The notes: generated from the sequence alone by a model not told the origin. A stretch of 64,000 nt of DNA from Podarcis filfolensis (GCA_964270895.1 OZ185444.1), one strand, 5' to 3'. Counted from the first letter of the stretch, positions 36,541 to 50,288 are shown. Made by a program: numbers and translations.

Positions 36541-36783
36541 CAGTGGTACCTCGGGTTACATACGCTTCAGGTTACATACGGTTCAGGTTACAGACTCTGC
36601 TAACCTAGAAATAGTGCTTCAGGTTAAGAACTTTGCTTCAGGATGAGAACAGAAATTGTGCTCCGGCGGCGCAGCAGCAGCAGGAGGTCCCCGTTAGCTA
36701 AAGTGGTACCTCAGGTTAAGAACAGTTTCAGGTTAAGTACGGACCTCCGAAACAAATTAAGTACTTAACCTGAGGTACCACTG
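36541..36783. mobile_element. Tc1/mariner MITE, third copy
   Basis: TIR CAGTGGTACCTC, TA TSD (36539-36540 and 36784-36785). Closely similar to 27194-27435 and in the same orientation. Confidence 0.92.
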
Positions 36784-39020
36784 TATTAATATTTTACATG
36801 AGGTGGTGTTCAGAACAGGTGGACATGTCAATTTCTCTCCGTTTCTTTTTTCTATCAGTTTGTGAACTTTTATTTTAAAAAAGAAAAATTATCGTGAATA
36901 TTCAGCAGCGTTTTAATGTTAATTTCTTCCAATATAATATACACATTTTTGTATGCATTTTTGCCTAATAGACACATTTTTGCAAAGCATTTCCCCCCCC
37001 ATATAATGCATTTTGTCTTCCATATTTACGAATACATGCTTTGAATCCACACTTTAATTTCTGTGAATTTTGCGAAGTGCAAATTTCACATGACTCTGTT
37101 TCAGTTTGCATCTTGCTTTGGAAAGTGTGAATTAGGTAAGTTTGCCTTTAAATGCAAACTGAATTGAATTTCTTCCCCATCCCTAACTTGTGCTCTAGGA
37201 ACACTTTTATAAATAAGTAACTAAAATCCTTCCCACATCTTTTCCCCTTCTTGCCATGGCGCTTGCCTGAAGCAGGTCACCCCGTCCTGCTTTATGGCAG
37301 GACCAGCTCTGATTTTAAAACAAAACACAACTGAGAAATTATGAATAATTTCTCTATTCCTGATTACGCGCATCCTGAATCTTGCAGAAAGACAGATTGC
37401 AGATTAAAGAGATTGCCAGAAATGATTCAGCTTTAGCGGGGTCCTTTACGAAAAACAGAAGGAAACAAAACAAACTTTAAGTGAAATAACTTGCACAGTT
37501 TTCCTAGATTTGAGCAAAAGTTTGCTGAAAGAGATCACTAGGCACCTCCTGAGATAGGTCAAGCTCACAGTTTGAGGAACTGTGCTTCTAGGAGGTTCAA
37601 GCTGAGGGAATAAACTAGGAAGGTTTGTCTGAAGTGCAGAGACGGTTCACTTTGTGACTGAAATAGTAAAAATGGTTTTAGAAAGAGTTTGAAGATAACA
37701 TAATCTTTTTCATATTTCTTACCCTATATAAACTGCTGGTGTGTGTGTGGTTGTAGAGGAGAAAGAAGTAACTAAAAAGTCTATTTCTGCTTTCAAGCTG
37801 ACCACATTGTGGTCCTACTTTGTGTTTCTCATAACACTGGTCAGAGAATCAACTTGTGACTCAGCTACATTAGTAAAAAAAAAAAAAGCGTTTTGAACGC
37901 ATTATAAACATGCAACACCAGGTGGTGCTAGAGAGCAAAAAAATTATTTGCTATTTTCCCTAGTGTTTTTTGTTCTTTTATTATAATGATTTAATTTCTG
38001 ACTTATTTATAGTGGGTATTTTTTCCTGTGTGTAGATCCACTCTTGGTGTGTTTCACAAGTTTTGATTCTATGACAATCTGGCATACTAAGAGCTAAATC
38101 AGAAGCTGCGTGCCAATGCCCTGTGACTCCACAGTTCCCTAGGGAAATGAATAACAACAGCATACTGGGTTTGGGCTTAAACGATCCGGCCTGCCATTCA
38201 CCAGATGATTTGCGTGGTGTGAGGTCTGTCTGCAACACCACCTACTGAGGAAGGTGAGCGGATTTTTTGTAAGTCCATGGCTGCACTTCCTAAAGACCAG
38301 GAACTCTGAGACCAACATCCCCTGTGTTTCCCAGACAGTGTTCCTGTAGCTCCTGCCAAAAATCCAATTTAATGTCTACTACCTGGTTGCAATTGAAAAT
38401 AATCCAACAATTAAAAATGTTCCCCCCCCCAATATACTAAAATAAATATTAAGAAGCAAAGACTGCTGTTGCCAAACTATTTCTTTCCAAGATATATGTT
38501 GCATTAATACGTTAGACTGACATCTTAGTGAGCTGGAGATCATAAGGTCTGTTTTATGGTGCATTAATACCTCATAATGACCATTTCAGAAAGACAGCAT
38601 AATACATTATTCAAAGTTAAACGCTGTCTTGAACGATAAGACTAGCATGCCATCAACCAATAATAAACTGGAGGATTGAAATATCCCTTTCCATTTATCT
38701 GTGAGGTCATTTACACAGTCAGAGCAGGACCATAAATGATGTATCTTTTCCTATCTAGAAGAGAAAGTGCATTGTTATTTTACAACATCAGTAAAATAAT
38801 TTTAAAAAATGAAACTGCTGAGGGAAAGGCCATTATTATGCAGTTTAAACTTTCAGGCAAAGTACATTACCATGGATTTTATATAAACAGTAAATATATA
38901 TGTAGCACTTAGATTCCATATCAGTATATTTAACATACTGCAAGAAGCACTGCAGATGGACTCTATAATTGTGGTGCTTTCATCACCTGTGTGATGTTTA
39001 TCCATTGTACCCCATGAAGG

Positions 39021-39347
39021 TTGGGATGCAGGTGGTGCTGTGGGTTAAACTACAGAGCCTAGGACTTGCTGATCAGGAGGTTGGCGGTTTGAATCCCCGT
39101 GACGGGGTGAGCTCCTGTTGTTCGGTCCCAGCTCCTGCCAACCTAGCAGTTCAAAAGCACGTCAAAGTGCAAGTAGATAAATAGGTACCGCTCCGGCGGG
39201 AAGGTAAACGGCGTTTCCGTGCGCTACTCTGGTTAGCCAGAAGCGGCTTAGTCCTGCTGGCCACATGACCCGGAAGCTGTACGCCGGCTCCCTTGGCCAA
39301 TAAAGCAAGATGAGCGCCGCAACCCCAGAGTCGGCCACAACTGGACC
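39021..39347 (+). mobile_element. Sauria SINE with truncated 3' tail
   Basis: Head gggatgcaggtggtgctgtgggttaaac, body homologous to 2802-3151, ends at ctggacc. TSD ACCCCATGAAGG (39009-39020 and 39345-39356). Confidence 0.92.
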
Positions 39348-40469
39348 CCATGAAGGATAGGAAAGTCACAAAACACTCCCGTGAAACGTCATACCAAAAC
39401 AATTCAGATGTTTGGCAAGATGAACTATATAGTTTTGCTGCCGTTTCCCTTAAACCAAACCTTACAAAGTTTTTAAGGCACTAAAAATAATGGCTATATA
39501 ACTAGAGCATTTATGTGAAGAGTAAATCAGATCATATAATAGACAACAGAAAGAAACACTGATCCTTGAAAACTATCACCCTTAAGCTAACAGGGGGAAA
39601 GGCTGCGTCACTGCTATGCATTACACGGAATATGTTGACCAAATCTGCAAAGGATTTCTGTAATAACAGGCTGCCTCTTAATTTCACTTGATCAACCAAG
39701 TTTTGATGTGAAACCAGACTTCAGCCCTGCTGCTTCTAAACCAAATCGACCAAACAAATTCCTACCTCATGTATACAGTTGGGAGAGATTACTGTGTGCA
39801 TAGGTCAAAGGTGGGGAACATGTGGCCCTCCAGATGTTGTTGAACTCCAACTCTCATCATCCTCGACTATCAGTTATGTTTGCTGGGGCTGATGGAAATT
39901 GGAAGCTTATGATCCAAATTCACTCCAGTTATGCCTAGACTTTTGTGTAGAGCCCCGTCACAGCTTCTGCTGTACTTACAGAGTTTGTGGCAAAGGGCAG
40001 TAGATACAGATACGATCCTGCTTCTCATTCTATTCCTTCAGTAAACTCAGCTTAAAAGGTGAAACCAGGTTTTATATAGACCTATTGCTGCATCCTTTCT
40101 AAAATGGTGTGATGTGACTAAAGATAAACAGATTTACATTGGCTCAACACACATTCCTTCCTAGGGCATCTGTGCTCAGTCTCCTCACTAATCACATGGC
40201 AAACGTCTCCACACATTCACCACCATCTTGACATAAACACACAGCATTTGAGGTTCGTGTCCCTGAACTTTGAGAGAATCAGCATGCATTTGGAGAGTGA
40301 CGGCTGTTCTTCCAGGTCTGGGAAGCCTACTAGAAAATGTGTTGCCTGCATAGTGCTATGGACCACCCAAGCCTTACACTATGGCACCACTACTGTTCTC
40401 TGCTAAATATTTCTGACCTGCACTGTTGTATAAAATAACATAAGGTGGTATACAAACTAAAAACACGGT

Positions 40470-40800
40470 ATCACAGTAAAAACAATATAAAATTTTCAAC
40501 ACATCATCAGTAAAAGCTGGTTGGCAACAAATATTGGGTTTGAAAGGCCTGCCTGAATAAAAGAGGTTTTTTGAAGACACCTAAAAATGAGCAGGGCTGG
40601 CTTCTGCCAAACCTCTGTTGGTGAGGAGATCCACAGGGCAGGGCTGCCACACTAATGGCTTCACCAGCCAAATATTTGGGGCATATGGGACCACCAAAAG
40701 TGCCCCATCAGAAGACCTCAGCTACTGAGGTGAAGCAGAAGGAATCAGGTACTTTGAGCCTAAAGTACTTTGGGCCCCCATTGTTTAGGGATTTGTGGGG
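40470..40800 (-). mobile_element. Degenerate LINE (L2-like) 3' fragment
   Basis: gaaaggcctgcctgaataaaagaggtttt...gagatccacagggcagggctgccacac...gaagacctcag. Same style as 1-560. Confidence 0.5.
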
Positions 40801-42735
40801 CACCCACAAGACCAGGTGATCTGACTACACAAGCAGGATTTCTGTTGTTAGGGTTTCCTTACAGACAACCACATGCAATGCACAAGTCAACATGCCATTG
40901 CTCTGCATGTGGTAATGTGTGAATGGGGCTAATGTTACTGTTCTGCTATCAGCACAGGTGTGTGTTCCGTTGTCACAGTTACACGCGTCTTTAGCATTGA
41001 GGAATCCAAGGCCTAACTTGACATATCCCTCTTTGAAGCCTGAGGCCCAGGAAATCTCTTTTGAATAATCTTAAATTATATAAATAGTCAAAGTCACGAA
41101 GATGACATTTTATTGCTTGCATTCATTTTGATTACCCTGCCTCTGCTTTTGACAAATATTTTTGGAAAATAAATGAGCAAAGAATAATAGCAGGACTCCA
41201 GGGTGTCGTTTTTAACTGATAACATTGAAAACAGTGTATTTCCTTGGGATTAACAACTGGCTAGAATCAGTTAATCACCCTAGTCCATTAACCCCATCTG
41301 GTAATTAATCCCTAGTTTTCAGTCATCAGCACTCTAAACATTTGCCACACTTAACGAAAGCAGTGCTTCAGCTGGGATTTATTCTGGGTATATGGTTTCT
41401 TTATCCAAACTGGAATATATTAACATTGTCCTCGAATTCAGTGTATTTTACACATTTCATATCATCAAGAACATACTTGAAAGGAAGTAAGCCCCACTGA
41501 ACGCAGCGATCCTCACATCTAAGTAAAAATGCCTAGCGCTTTGCTGGGAAAGATATTCTTAGCACTTCTGAATTTATGGGTCTCTTTGCCCATCATCCAC
41601 TTATCTACCACAGTCATTTACACGACTGAAGTCAATAAAATGATGCGGTGGTTTCAGAACACACTTATAGGGTGTTTGTGCTTTGTATATTCCGATAGAC
41701 CTAATTATTTTCTACCTTTATTGTGTGGGAGACTGCCTCATTGTACATTCAAATCATTTCTTTCTATAACCTTCACCTTCATTGATTTTTCCCTCTGTAT
41801 TCTGAATGTTGACTCTGAGATTAAAGCCATTTTTTCTTCAGCAGGACTCATTTAACAGTAGCTTTGCTATTATGAAGCAGAAATCATTTCGGATTGCACG
41901 TGGCGAGGGGGAGAGAAAGAGAGATTTCTACCCTAGCCAGTGGCAATCTGCCTTTTAAGTAAATAAACCTCTTTTAGAAGTAGTGCATCACAAATTGCTT
42001 TTATCACAAAGTTTAAAAGCATAATACAACGTATTGAAAAAGATATAAGGCAAGGCCTGGGATTCAAATAAAAAGATAATGTTACTAACAGTACATTTAT
42101 GAGGGCTATCAAATATAACAAATTTGCAGAGTGAGATGCTCAGCAGCTTATTTTTTTCCCGTCTTTCCCAGATGTTACTTTAATCAAGTTGATACTTGAA
42201 ATAGATGGAGCCTTATTATTATGTGAAGTAATTTTCCCTACAGATACAGTAACATAACTCAGCATTTTGAATGTGGAGCAGGTGAGATTATAAATCACTG
42301 ATTGAATTTGCCATAAGAATCTAATAAGACTGAGCTCATTTTCCTTAACAATTTATGGTTCTGATTTGATCATGCAGTTTATTTGCCTGGCTTTATTACT
42401 GCATTAAACTTTCCCCCTTTTTTTCATAGTGCCTCATTCTCTATGATCAAGGCAAATTTGAAATACTTTCTGTGTGCACTGCTACTCACTTGGAGACACT
42501 CTGATCAGTCAGCAATATAGGCCTTCAAAATCTACCCAACTCAATGGGTGATGCCAGCAAGTTCCAGTGGCCTTGGAAAAGAACTCATATGTACTTCAGA
42601 TTCACTCCATTGTGTCTTCAAGACTACTAGCCATTGTAATTAATCTTCCAGTTTGGCTACAGATGAACCCTAAAGATGCTACATTATTGTTTAATAGTGA
42701 ATGTGGAAAATGTAAATGAATTGGGCCTATTCGTT

Positions 42736-42802
42736 TATTACTACTACTACTACTACTACTATTATTATTATTATTATTATTAATTTATTTATTTATTTAT
42801 TT
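42736..42802. repeat. Compound (TAC)n(TAT)n(TTTA)n microsatellite, probably a LINE tail
   Basis: Directly visible. Confidence 0.9.
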
Positions 42803-43521
42803 AGAAAAATTATAGATTGCTTAATCATAAACTCTCTAAGCAGTGTACATAACCAATAAACAATACGGTCTACCACCAGGTAAATGGCCATAGGACTGCA
42901 GTCTCAGTGAAGAAGGTTTTAATAAACAAAATAACTGTGCAAGAGGGATGTCTCCACTGTGCTGGTTGCACATGTCGTGGGAATATATGAGACATTTTTG
43001 GAGGGAGTGGGGGGAAATTCATGAGATATCTTGGATTACTAGGCAGATCGTGGAGCTTGAACCCAGATTAATGGTGTTAATGCTATTCACTGATTAGCAT
43101 AAACATGTTTTTTAAATAAAGATACTATAATGATAATTGCCTTGATGGCCATAGCTTCCTTAGAAGCTGCACTGTTGTAAGGACTCTAACATAGGCTCTT
43201 TGGAGAAGTGATAGACTTGTGCATGGGATTTAACTTTATTGAACTTGTCAAGAAATGTAACACACCCTGATGACTTCTGTACAACTCAGTATCCCTTTAT
43301 GAATAATTGTCCCTCTGTTCCTAGAACTGGCCTTGCAGATGTTGTATTTTGCTTGGACATGCCAGAACAAAAAGCACAAAAACATTTGTGACTTTAAGTT
43401 GCACTCAGTAATCTCTTTTGTTGTTGCAATTTTTCAATGTTGTGCATTTGTAAAGCTTTAATAAACATATAGAAAACAAACAAACTGCAGGCCAATGACA
43501 ATGTATGTCATGGTGTACATT

Positions 43522-43881
43522 AAAGTAAAGTAAAGGTACCCCTGCCCGTACGGGCCAGTCTTGCCAGACTCTAGGGTTGTGCGCTCATCTCACTCTATAG
43601 GCCGGGAGCCAGCGCTGTCCGGAGACACTTCCGGGTCACGTGGCCAGCGTGACAAGCTGCACCTGGCGAGCCAGCACAGCACACGGAACGCCGTTTACCT
43701 TCCCGCTGGTAAGCGGTCCCTATTTATCTACTTGCACCCAGGGGTGCTTTCGAACTGCTAGGTTGGCAGGCGCTGGGACCGAGCCACGGGAGCGCACCCC
43801 GCTACGGGGATTCGAACCACCGACCATGCGATCGGCAAGTCCTAGGCGCTGAGGTTTTACCCACAGCACCACCCGCGTCCC
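43522..43881 (-). mobile_element. Full-length Sauria SINE, different subfamily
   Basis: tRNA-like head, (CTTTA)n tail, perfect 15-bp TSD GTCATGGTGTACATT (43507-43521 and 43883-43897). 3' half differs from the other copies. Confidence 0.93.
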
Positions 43882-44769
43882 AGTCATGGTGTACATTGCT
43901 TTCCCCCTAATGTTCAAATTGTCTTTTTCCTGCCCACTGCTCCTATCTGCCAAAGTGAGCAGGATGGCAATTTCATTGTATAGTTATGCCATAGGAAAAA
44001 AAGATTTATACGACCTTGCTTTTCAGCAAGCTGGTGCCCTGTTTGTAAAGGAAAGACTGCCAGCCAGTTTCGTGTCTGTTTGGAAGCACCCTGATAACTA
44101 TATCCATGTGAAAGTGGCAGGAATGGAAAGTACTGACACCGTGGAAAAATATTTACTTAATGGGGGATGGCATGTGTATGGAAGGCATATGAGTGAACCA
44201 TAAAGTATGTTCAGAAAAAAATAAAGTATTTGGATTAGAGATGTCTGGATAAGCAAGGTTTTTTCTGTTTATAATCTCATAGGGTGGGGATGGGGAAGTC
44301 GATGGCTGGATGTTTCAGTCCTGTAGAAATCTGAAACATATGTTGTTTTCCTGTGTTAGCAGAATAACACAAATTAGTGGAACCCGAGGAAGATAACAAG
44401 CAAGCCATGATCACTTCCCATTCAACAAAAGGCAAAGTTATTTTGAACATTGACTTCAGTCCTCTGAAATTTCCCCTGACATGCCAACATTGCTTCCTGC
44501 CACTTACTTTAGGGGTTTTGCTTCTGGACTTTATACAGTTTATTTTCTGAAACCATAGAGGGAGAGTACAGATTATTTTTTAGAGAACTGGAGAAAGGGA
44601 GAGGTATACAGTAGGAGATATACAGTACAGCCAATTCACACAGTAATTTTTTCAGGGTAAGAATATACCTCATAGAGCTCAGTTTCAGATGGGAAGCTGT
44701 TTGCCTGAATGCCTGAAATCATCAGATCCACATTGAAACCTCTGAAGTTGCCATGTCATTTCCTTCCAT

Positions 44770-45012
44770 TGTGGTTCGAGGACCCGATCCCCCCAAAGTG
44801 GAATGAATACACAAGGACACGTGATATAAGGTTATCATGACGGGACGACGAAGAGTGAGGCCGAGGAGGGGCTGGCGCCGCAGTACTAAGGCTGCTGTAC
44901 ACGCCCCCTCGGAGGCACCTGGTTGGGTGCCTGCCGATGGGCGTGGGCGCCAGCCAGGTGAGTGGGAGGCTAACGCCCCCTGCTAGAGGCAGGGCTCGGG
45001 CTCCCGCCCACA
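44770..45012 (-). mobile_element. Probable solo LTR (243 bp, CpG-rich)
   Basis: TGTGG...CCACA termini and a GC/CpG-rich interior in an AT-rich setting. U5-like GTGTCCTTGTGTATTCATTCC on the minus strand. TSD imperfect, orientation inferred. Confidence 0.55.
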
Positions 45013-46743
45013 ACCACTCCCCTCTCTTCCAGGAGGAGAGTCTTTGGCTTCTTGGCTAAGCACATGTACCAAAAGTCTGGACCTGCTGTGATGTCCTATG
45101 TTGAAGAGAGTAAAATGGAAATGAATTGGAGAATGATGTCAGAAGGAGCTCTTCCGAGTGTATAGTATTATTAATTATATGCTTTTTCTTTTTTTAAAAA
45201 AAGCATTGTCTTGTTCATCCCTGCAACAATATGTGTGATGTGAGATCCAAGGTAAACCACCAACGCCTCCCTCTTCAAATGCAGTTGGTGCTGTAGAAAT
45301 GTTCAGGCTTCAAAAGACTGTTGCATGTTTTTTGCTCATAAAAAATATTATCGAGAAACAAGCTTCATTCTAAAAACAAATGCTAATTGCAGATGGATTC
45401 TGCATTATCCTATAGTGCATTCATCTGAAAAGAGTTTAAAAAAACAGGTGTAGCCAGTCCTGGCAATGGATTGAGTATATCCACGCCTTCCCAGCAGTGT
45501 TGTGGGTGGGCATAGACCAAGATCACAATCACCACTTCCTCCTTCATTCACCTGGGGCATGTGCAGGAAGGAAAAGGCATGGATAACCCTAGTCAAGGAG
45601 AGGATTTTCAAACATGCATCAAGTAACCACACCCAGTTTTGTGGACAGTGGATCTAGAATCAATCTAGATTGAAAGCAACATGTTGAGGATGGGCATGAA
45701 TAATACTGGATCGAGAACTACCGTACATTTTTGTGTGTTTCAAATAGGTTAGTGTGGCCCAAGTCTCACATGATTGAGGGTCCTCCTCACAAATAAACGA
45801 GTTGGTGAAATAGGAATAATTTGTCACGAGCAGAGGTTTATCACTTTGGGCCTCTCCCTGGAAAAGCAGTTAAGAATTGCAAATCCAACAAACATTTAGA
45901 GGAGATGCAACTTATATGTCAGATGTTTTATTTAACGTTATTTATTTCTTACATTTATACATCACCTTTCTTTCATGAGGAGGTTCTCAGGGTGGCATAT
46001 ATGGAGCTCCAGGCACCAGTCAGATCTGCTTAGTTTTTGCAAGGTGGGTGCATCATATGGATGCGTGCCCAAAATACCACTCTGGGCTGGGCACTTCAGC
46101 ATAATCCTATGCATGTTTACTCAGAAGTAAATTCCTATGTCTTCAAATGTTACGTTCTTGCTTGGGATCCACAGACAGATGCATATCTAACTACAAAGAA
46201 CAAAAGGAAAGCAATGGAGGGTCCCTCACGTCATCTGTAGACAACTGAGTATCATTTCTGGGTAATCTCTGCAGCCATTCCTGAAGGGCCACAATATCGT
46301 AATCTTGAAAAATGAAACCACAATCAGACTGGATTACTTTTGTCCTAGTCTTGTTTTGTTTTTATATCATTAAGCGCTAGAATTTGACATCAGGATTTTA
46401 ATGCCAACTCAGACCTGGTTAATCTCTGCTTAGTTTATCCATATGTCTACCCAGCAGAAGGTCTTACATACTAATCTGAGTATCACATACACTACTGATT
46501 GACTACTCTTGATTTTGTTTGAATGCACAAAAGTGTGACTGTGCAAACCAATATAAGTCTAAGCAAGTGCTTTGTTCTAGTACAAATATACTAAGAAGTC
46601 TAGTGGCAGACAATGGTACTTGTCTTAAACATTTATGGTGCTTTGGAAACTCATTTCCTGGCCTAGTTTATTATTCTATACTTATAGGCTTGAAACTGTG
46701 GGAGCAGATGGTGTCCCAAAGTAAAGAACAGAGAAAAGATGAA

Positions 46744-46780
<37 letters not shown>
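46744..46780. repeat. (ATCT)n microsatellite
   Basis: Directly visible. Confidence 0.97.
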
Positions 46781-49700
46781 GTAAAAGGGTAAGGGACGTA
46801 TGTCATAGATGCCTTGCCCAATCCAGTATTAGACTTTTTTCATTTCTATTTAAATTGTGTAGTTCACATGATGTTAACCTGCAACAACACCAGTTTCAAT
46901 GCTTTCCCCCTAAAACTTGGGTTTGCCTGATACAGGGATATTCCAATACATTAGGAGAAAACAGGCTCCAAACTGTTTCACATGGGGGTCGCATACTATT
47001 CGTTTCAGTGGTTTAGGGTGGATCAGAAGTCACTGCCTGGGTGGGGTGTTGTGCACATGCCCTCACTCTTGCGGGATTATGGTGGGAGAGAAAGGTAAAG
47101 GATTCCTTTCCTCTAAGGCTAAAATGGCATTGGAATGAAGAGAATTGGTCAAACTACTAATTTTACATGAATTTATAAAGCTAGGTATCTTTCCTGAGCT
47201 GTCAAGTTGAAAGGATACGTTTAGGCATAACTTTTTTAACACTGTAACAACTTTAAAGATGTGGCCCCCCCCATCATTTCCATAACACCATGCTCACCTC
47301 TTCCTCTGTGCTTTAATTTCTTTTCTGAAATTTTATTCTCACCCAAATCTGCTCTGGAATGCCAAGAGAACCTTCCAGAACAGCATGCATGGAGGAGAGT
47401 GAGGAGATCATTCCATCGGGCAAGCAGAAATGTTGAATTCCATGGCTAATATTTACAAGGTTCTTGTTTAATTCTTCAACAGCCGGGTTCCCACATTACA
47501 AATCAGTGCAAGCTAGCTAGTCTCTGAATAAATGCTAAGGGTGTGCATTGGCTCTAAGAGGCAAACTGCACACACAGGCACACACACCCAAACACATTTA
47601 AAGAGCATTTGTTGTTTTTTTATTTCTCCTTTAAAATTATTATATTCCACATATGAACTATAGCAACACAAATAAAACATAAGCCCAGGAAAGGTATTAG
47701 TGCTCCTGCGTATCTAACCCCTTTTCACTGTTTATAGTTAGCCATTTAGTAGACAGGAATGCAAAAATCAGCATACATCCTTGGCCTCTTGAAGCCTTAC
47801 AACATTTCTCCAGCAGTTCAGACTGTGGTGTTTGTTTGTTTTTAATTCCGAAAGATTTGAAACACAACTTAAAATTCACCAAAGGTTGGATGATTAGGGA
47901 TTAAGAAGACGCAACTGAACATTAGCCACTCCAATGCCCTTCACACAGCAGCCCTGTATCTCGACTCGTTTGTTGTTGTTATTTATATGTATTGGTTGCT
48001 TCACTCATAAAATGACTCAATGTGACTTACAAACTTGTACAGCCCAGAATTTTCCTCAGAGATGTATGTTTGTTTGTCTTTGGCCTTATAAAGCAGATCT
48101 CTGCAGCTCTGTTTAAAAGGTCAATTTACGTACTACGGTTATTTTTAACAGTTTGCCGTCTGTATTTCCTGTTTCTCTATATGTGGTTTCTGAGAAGCTG
48201 AAAAATGCCACACCTCCCACTCTTGTATGTGCTGAAGACAAACAAGCATATTGATCAGATGGAGAAAACAGAGTTCTTCTACACATTTTAACTATTCACA
48301 GCAATTCATGATCAGGAAATCTGAAAGGCGGAAATCCTCATCTTTCTGCGGCTTAATAAAATATGTCCATAGTCCAACAGAAGTATTACAGGTAAACTTT
48401 GTTACACCTTTTGTTAAGGTGTAATCCCAAAAGAATCTTGCAGCCACCTCATAAGAAACCAAAGCAGTCTGTTCATTGTTCCCTTCATAACTGAAGGTGC
48501 ATATATGATTTTTTATTAAGTGATTAAAGCACCCTGCTTTCTTTTGGACCACTACTCTGGTTTCCTTGGCTAGGATTTTTAAAACTACCTTATTTTCTTA
48601 CCTTTATGGCACCACATAAGAGGCTACTTGAAAGGCTTCCAACTGGAAAATACAACCCTATTCAGCTATACTCACATATATTGCATTTCATAAAACGAAT
48701 GTCAGCAGTAGGCACTGGAAGGTTTTCACATACAGTGCTTCCACTGATGTTTGACAACAAAGACAGGACTATTCATAGCTAATGTTTATATTTCAAGAAC
48801 CCCGCAGGAAGCAGCTTGAAAGGTTTCTGCATGATGGTTGCTCTAAGCAAAACCTGTTTGTGGTGTCAGACCACCTGCAATATTCAGCTTAACCAAAGGG
48901 CAAGCTTAACATCACTGATTCGGCCAAATAACAGAATGACAGTAGCCATATTTGGCCTTCATTGTCTTCAGACAATTCAAATCGTGACTTCATTTGCATG
49001 AGGGACACAGTGAGACCATGTTCACTGGGCCTCACCCTTTCTGCCATTCCTTTTCACTCTTATTCACCCTCAGTGAGAGAATTTGATAGGGGGGCGGTTT
49101 CAAAGGAATGAGGCAACAAGTTCTACAGAAGACCCACATTATCTATGCTGTCTCTTCTCCATGTGGGATATTTAAGATTACTCCTTTCCACAGTCCCTTG
49201 GGAGGACCATAATTACATAAAGGCATTTACTGAATGAAAAGGAGCATAGTGCATTGTGATCAACCTAATAAATAAATCCTATTTAAGGACCTCTGCAATC
49301 TAATTAACACAGTTAAGACACACAGAGAGACATTAGACAGTTGCTTGTTGGACAGCGTTTTCCTGCTGGATGGTATATGTTCAAAATGTTGATTGCAGAA
49401 TCTGGAACTAGGATTTAATCCCTTTATTTATAAAATATCAGGATTAACTAATTACACTGAGTGACAGCTTTAATTATAGTACAGTGAAATAAGTATTTAC
49501 GCTGTCAGTGTAGCTTTCCATGTTCCACCAGACTTATCCAATGCTCAGCTTGTCTGAATTCTGTCTACCCATATCTCTTAAATGGCAGTATTGAATCATC
49601 AACCAGACATCATAATGGAGGGAAACCTGGAATATCATTCAGAGTTTTGGCCAGTTCATTTTCTTCTGGATCTTGCCAATCTATTTTGAATAGAAGAGAG

Positions 49701-49913
49701 AAATGGTCTGAAATCCAGAAAAATGGCAGCATGACTTATCTTCCAAGAAACATTTCCTTTGAATTAATGTTAAGAAAACATGTTTAAGACACAAGACAAA
49801 AGTACCCAAAGATGTCTTGTGCTGCTTTATCTTGCAGCACAAAAATCAAATTGAAAAATTCATCCAGAAAACATGTAATGCTTATGAGTTCAGTGATTCA
49901 CATAACAGACATA

Positions 49914-50288
49914 CCGTATTGGCCCAAATATAAGCTGCACCCAAATATAAGTTGCACCTTTAAAATTGGAGGGGGGAGAGGGTTAAAAAGAAAAAATACC
50001 CAAATATAAGCTGCTCCATTCCTTGCTGCTCCTGGCTGCATACTGGGGGGGAGGGGAAGCAGTGCTGCTTTGCTGGCGGCCTTTCCCCTTCCTCGCTATC
50101 TCCCTTCCTGGCCTTGGGGGAGAGAATGGGGGACCATGTGCTGGGCAGGCGCTGCTTTGCTGTGCTCCTGGCACTGTTTGCCCCACGCTCCTGGCTGCAT
50201 ACCGCAAGGTCGCAAATATAAGCTGCACTTTAACATTTCATGGTCGGAATTTGGGGGGAAAGTGAGGCTTATATTCAGGCCAATACGG
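49914..50288. mobile_element. Tc1/mariner-superfamily (Tc2-like) non-autonomous element
   Basis: TIR CCGTATTGGCC(C/T)(A/G)AATATAAGC, TA TSD (49912-49913 and 50289-50290), internal repeats of AAATATAAGCTGC. Confidence 0.85.

Noticed and set aside
39023-39100. tRNA-like A and B boxes (GGTTCGAATCC-type), here and in the other SINE heads
   Set aside because: They belong to SINE heads, with no complete cloverleaf or anticodon arm.
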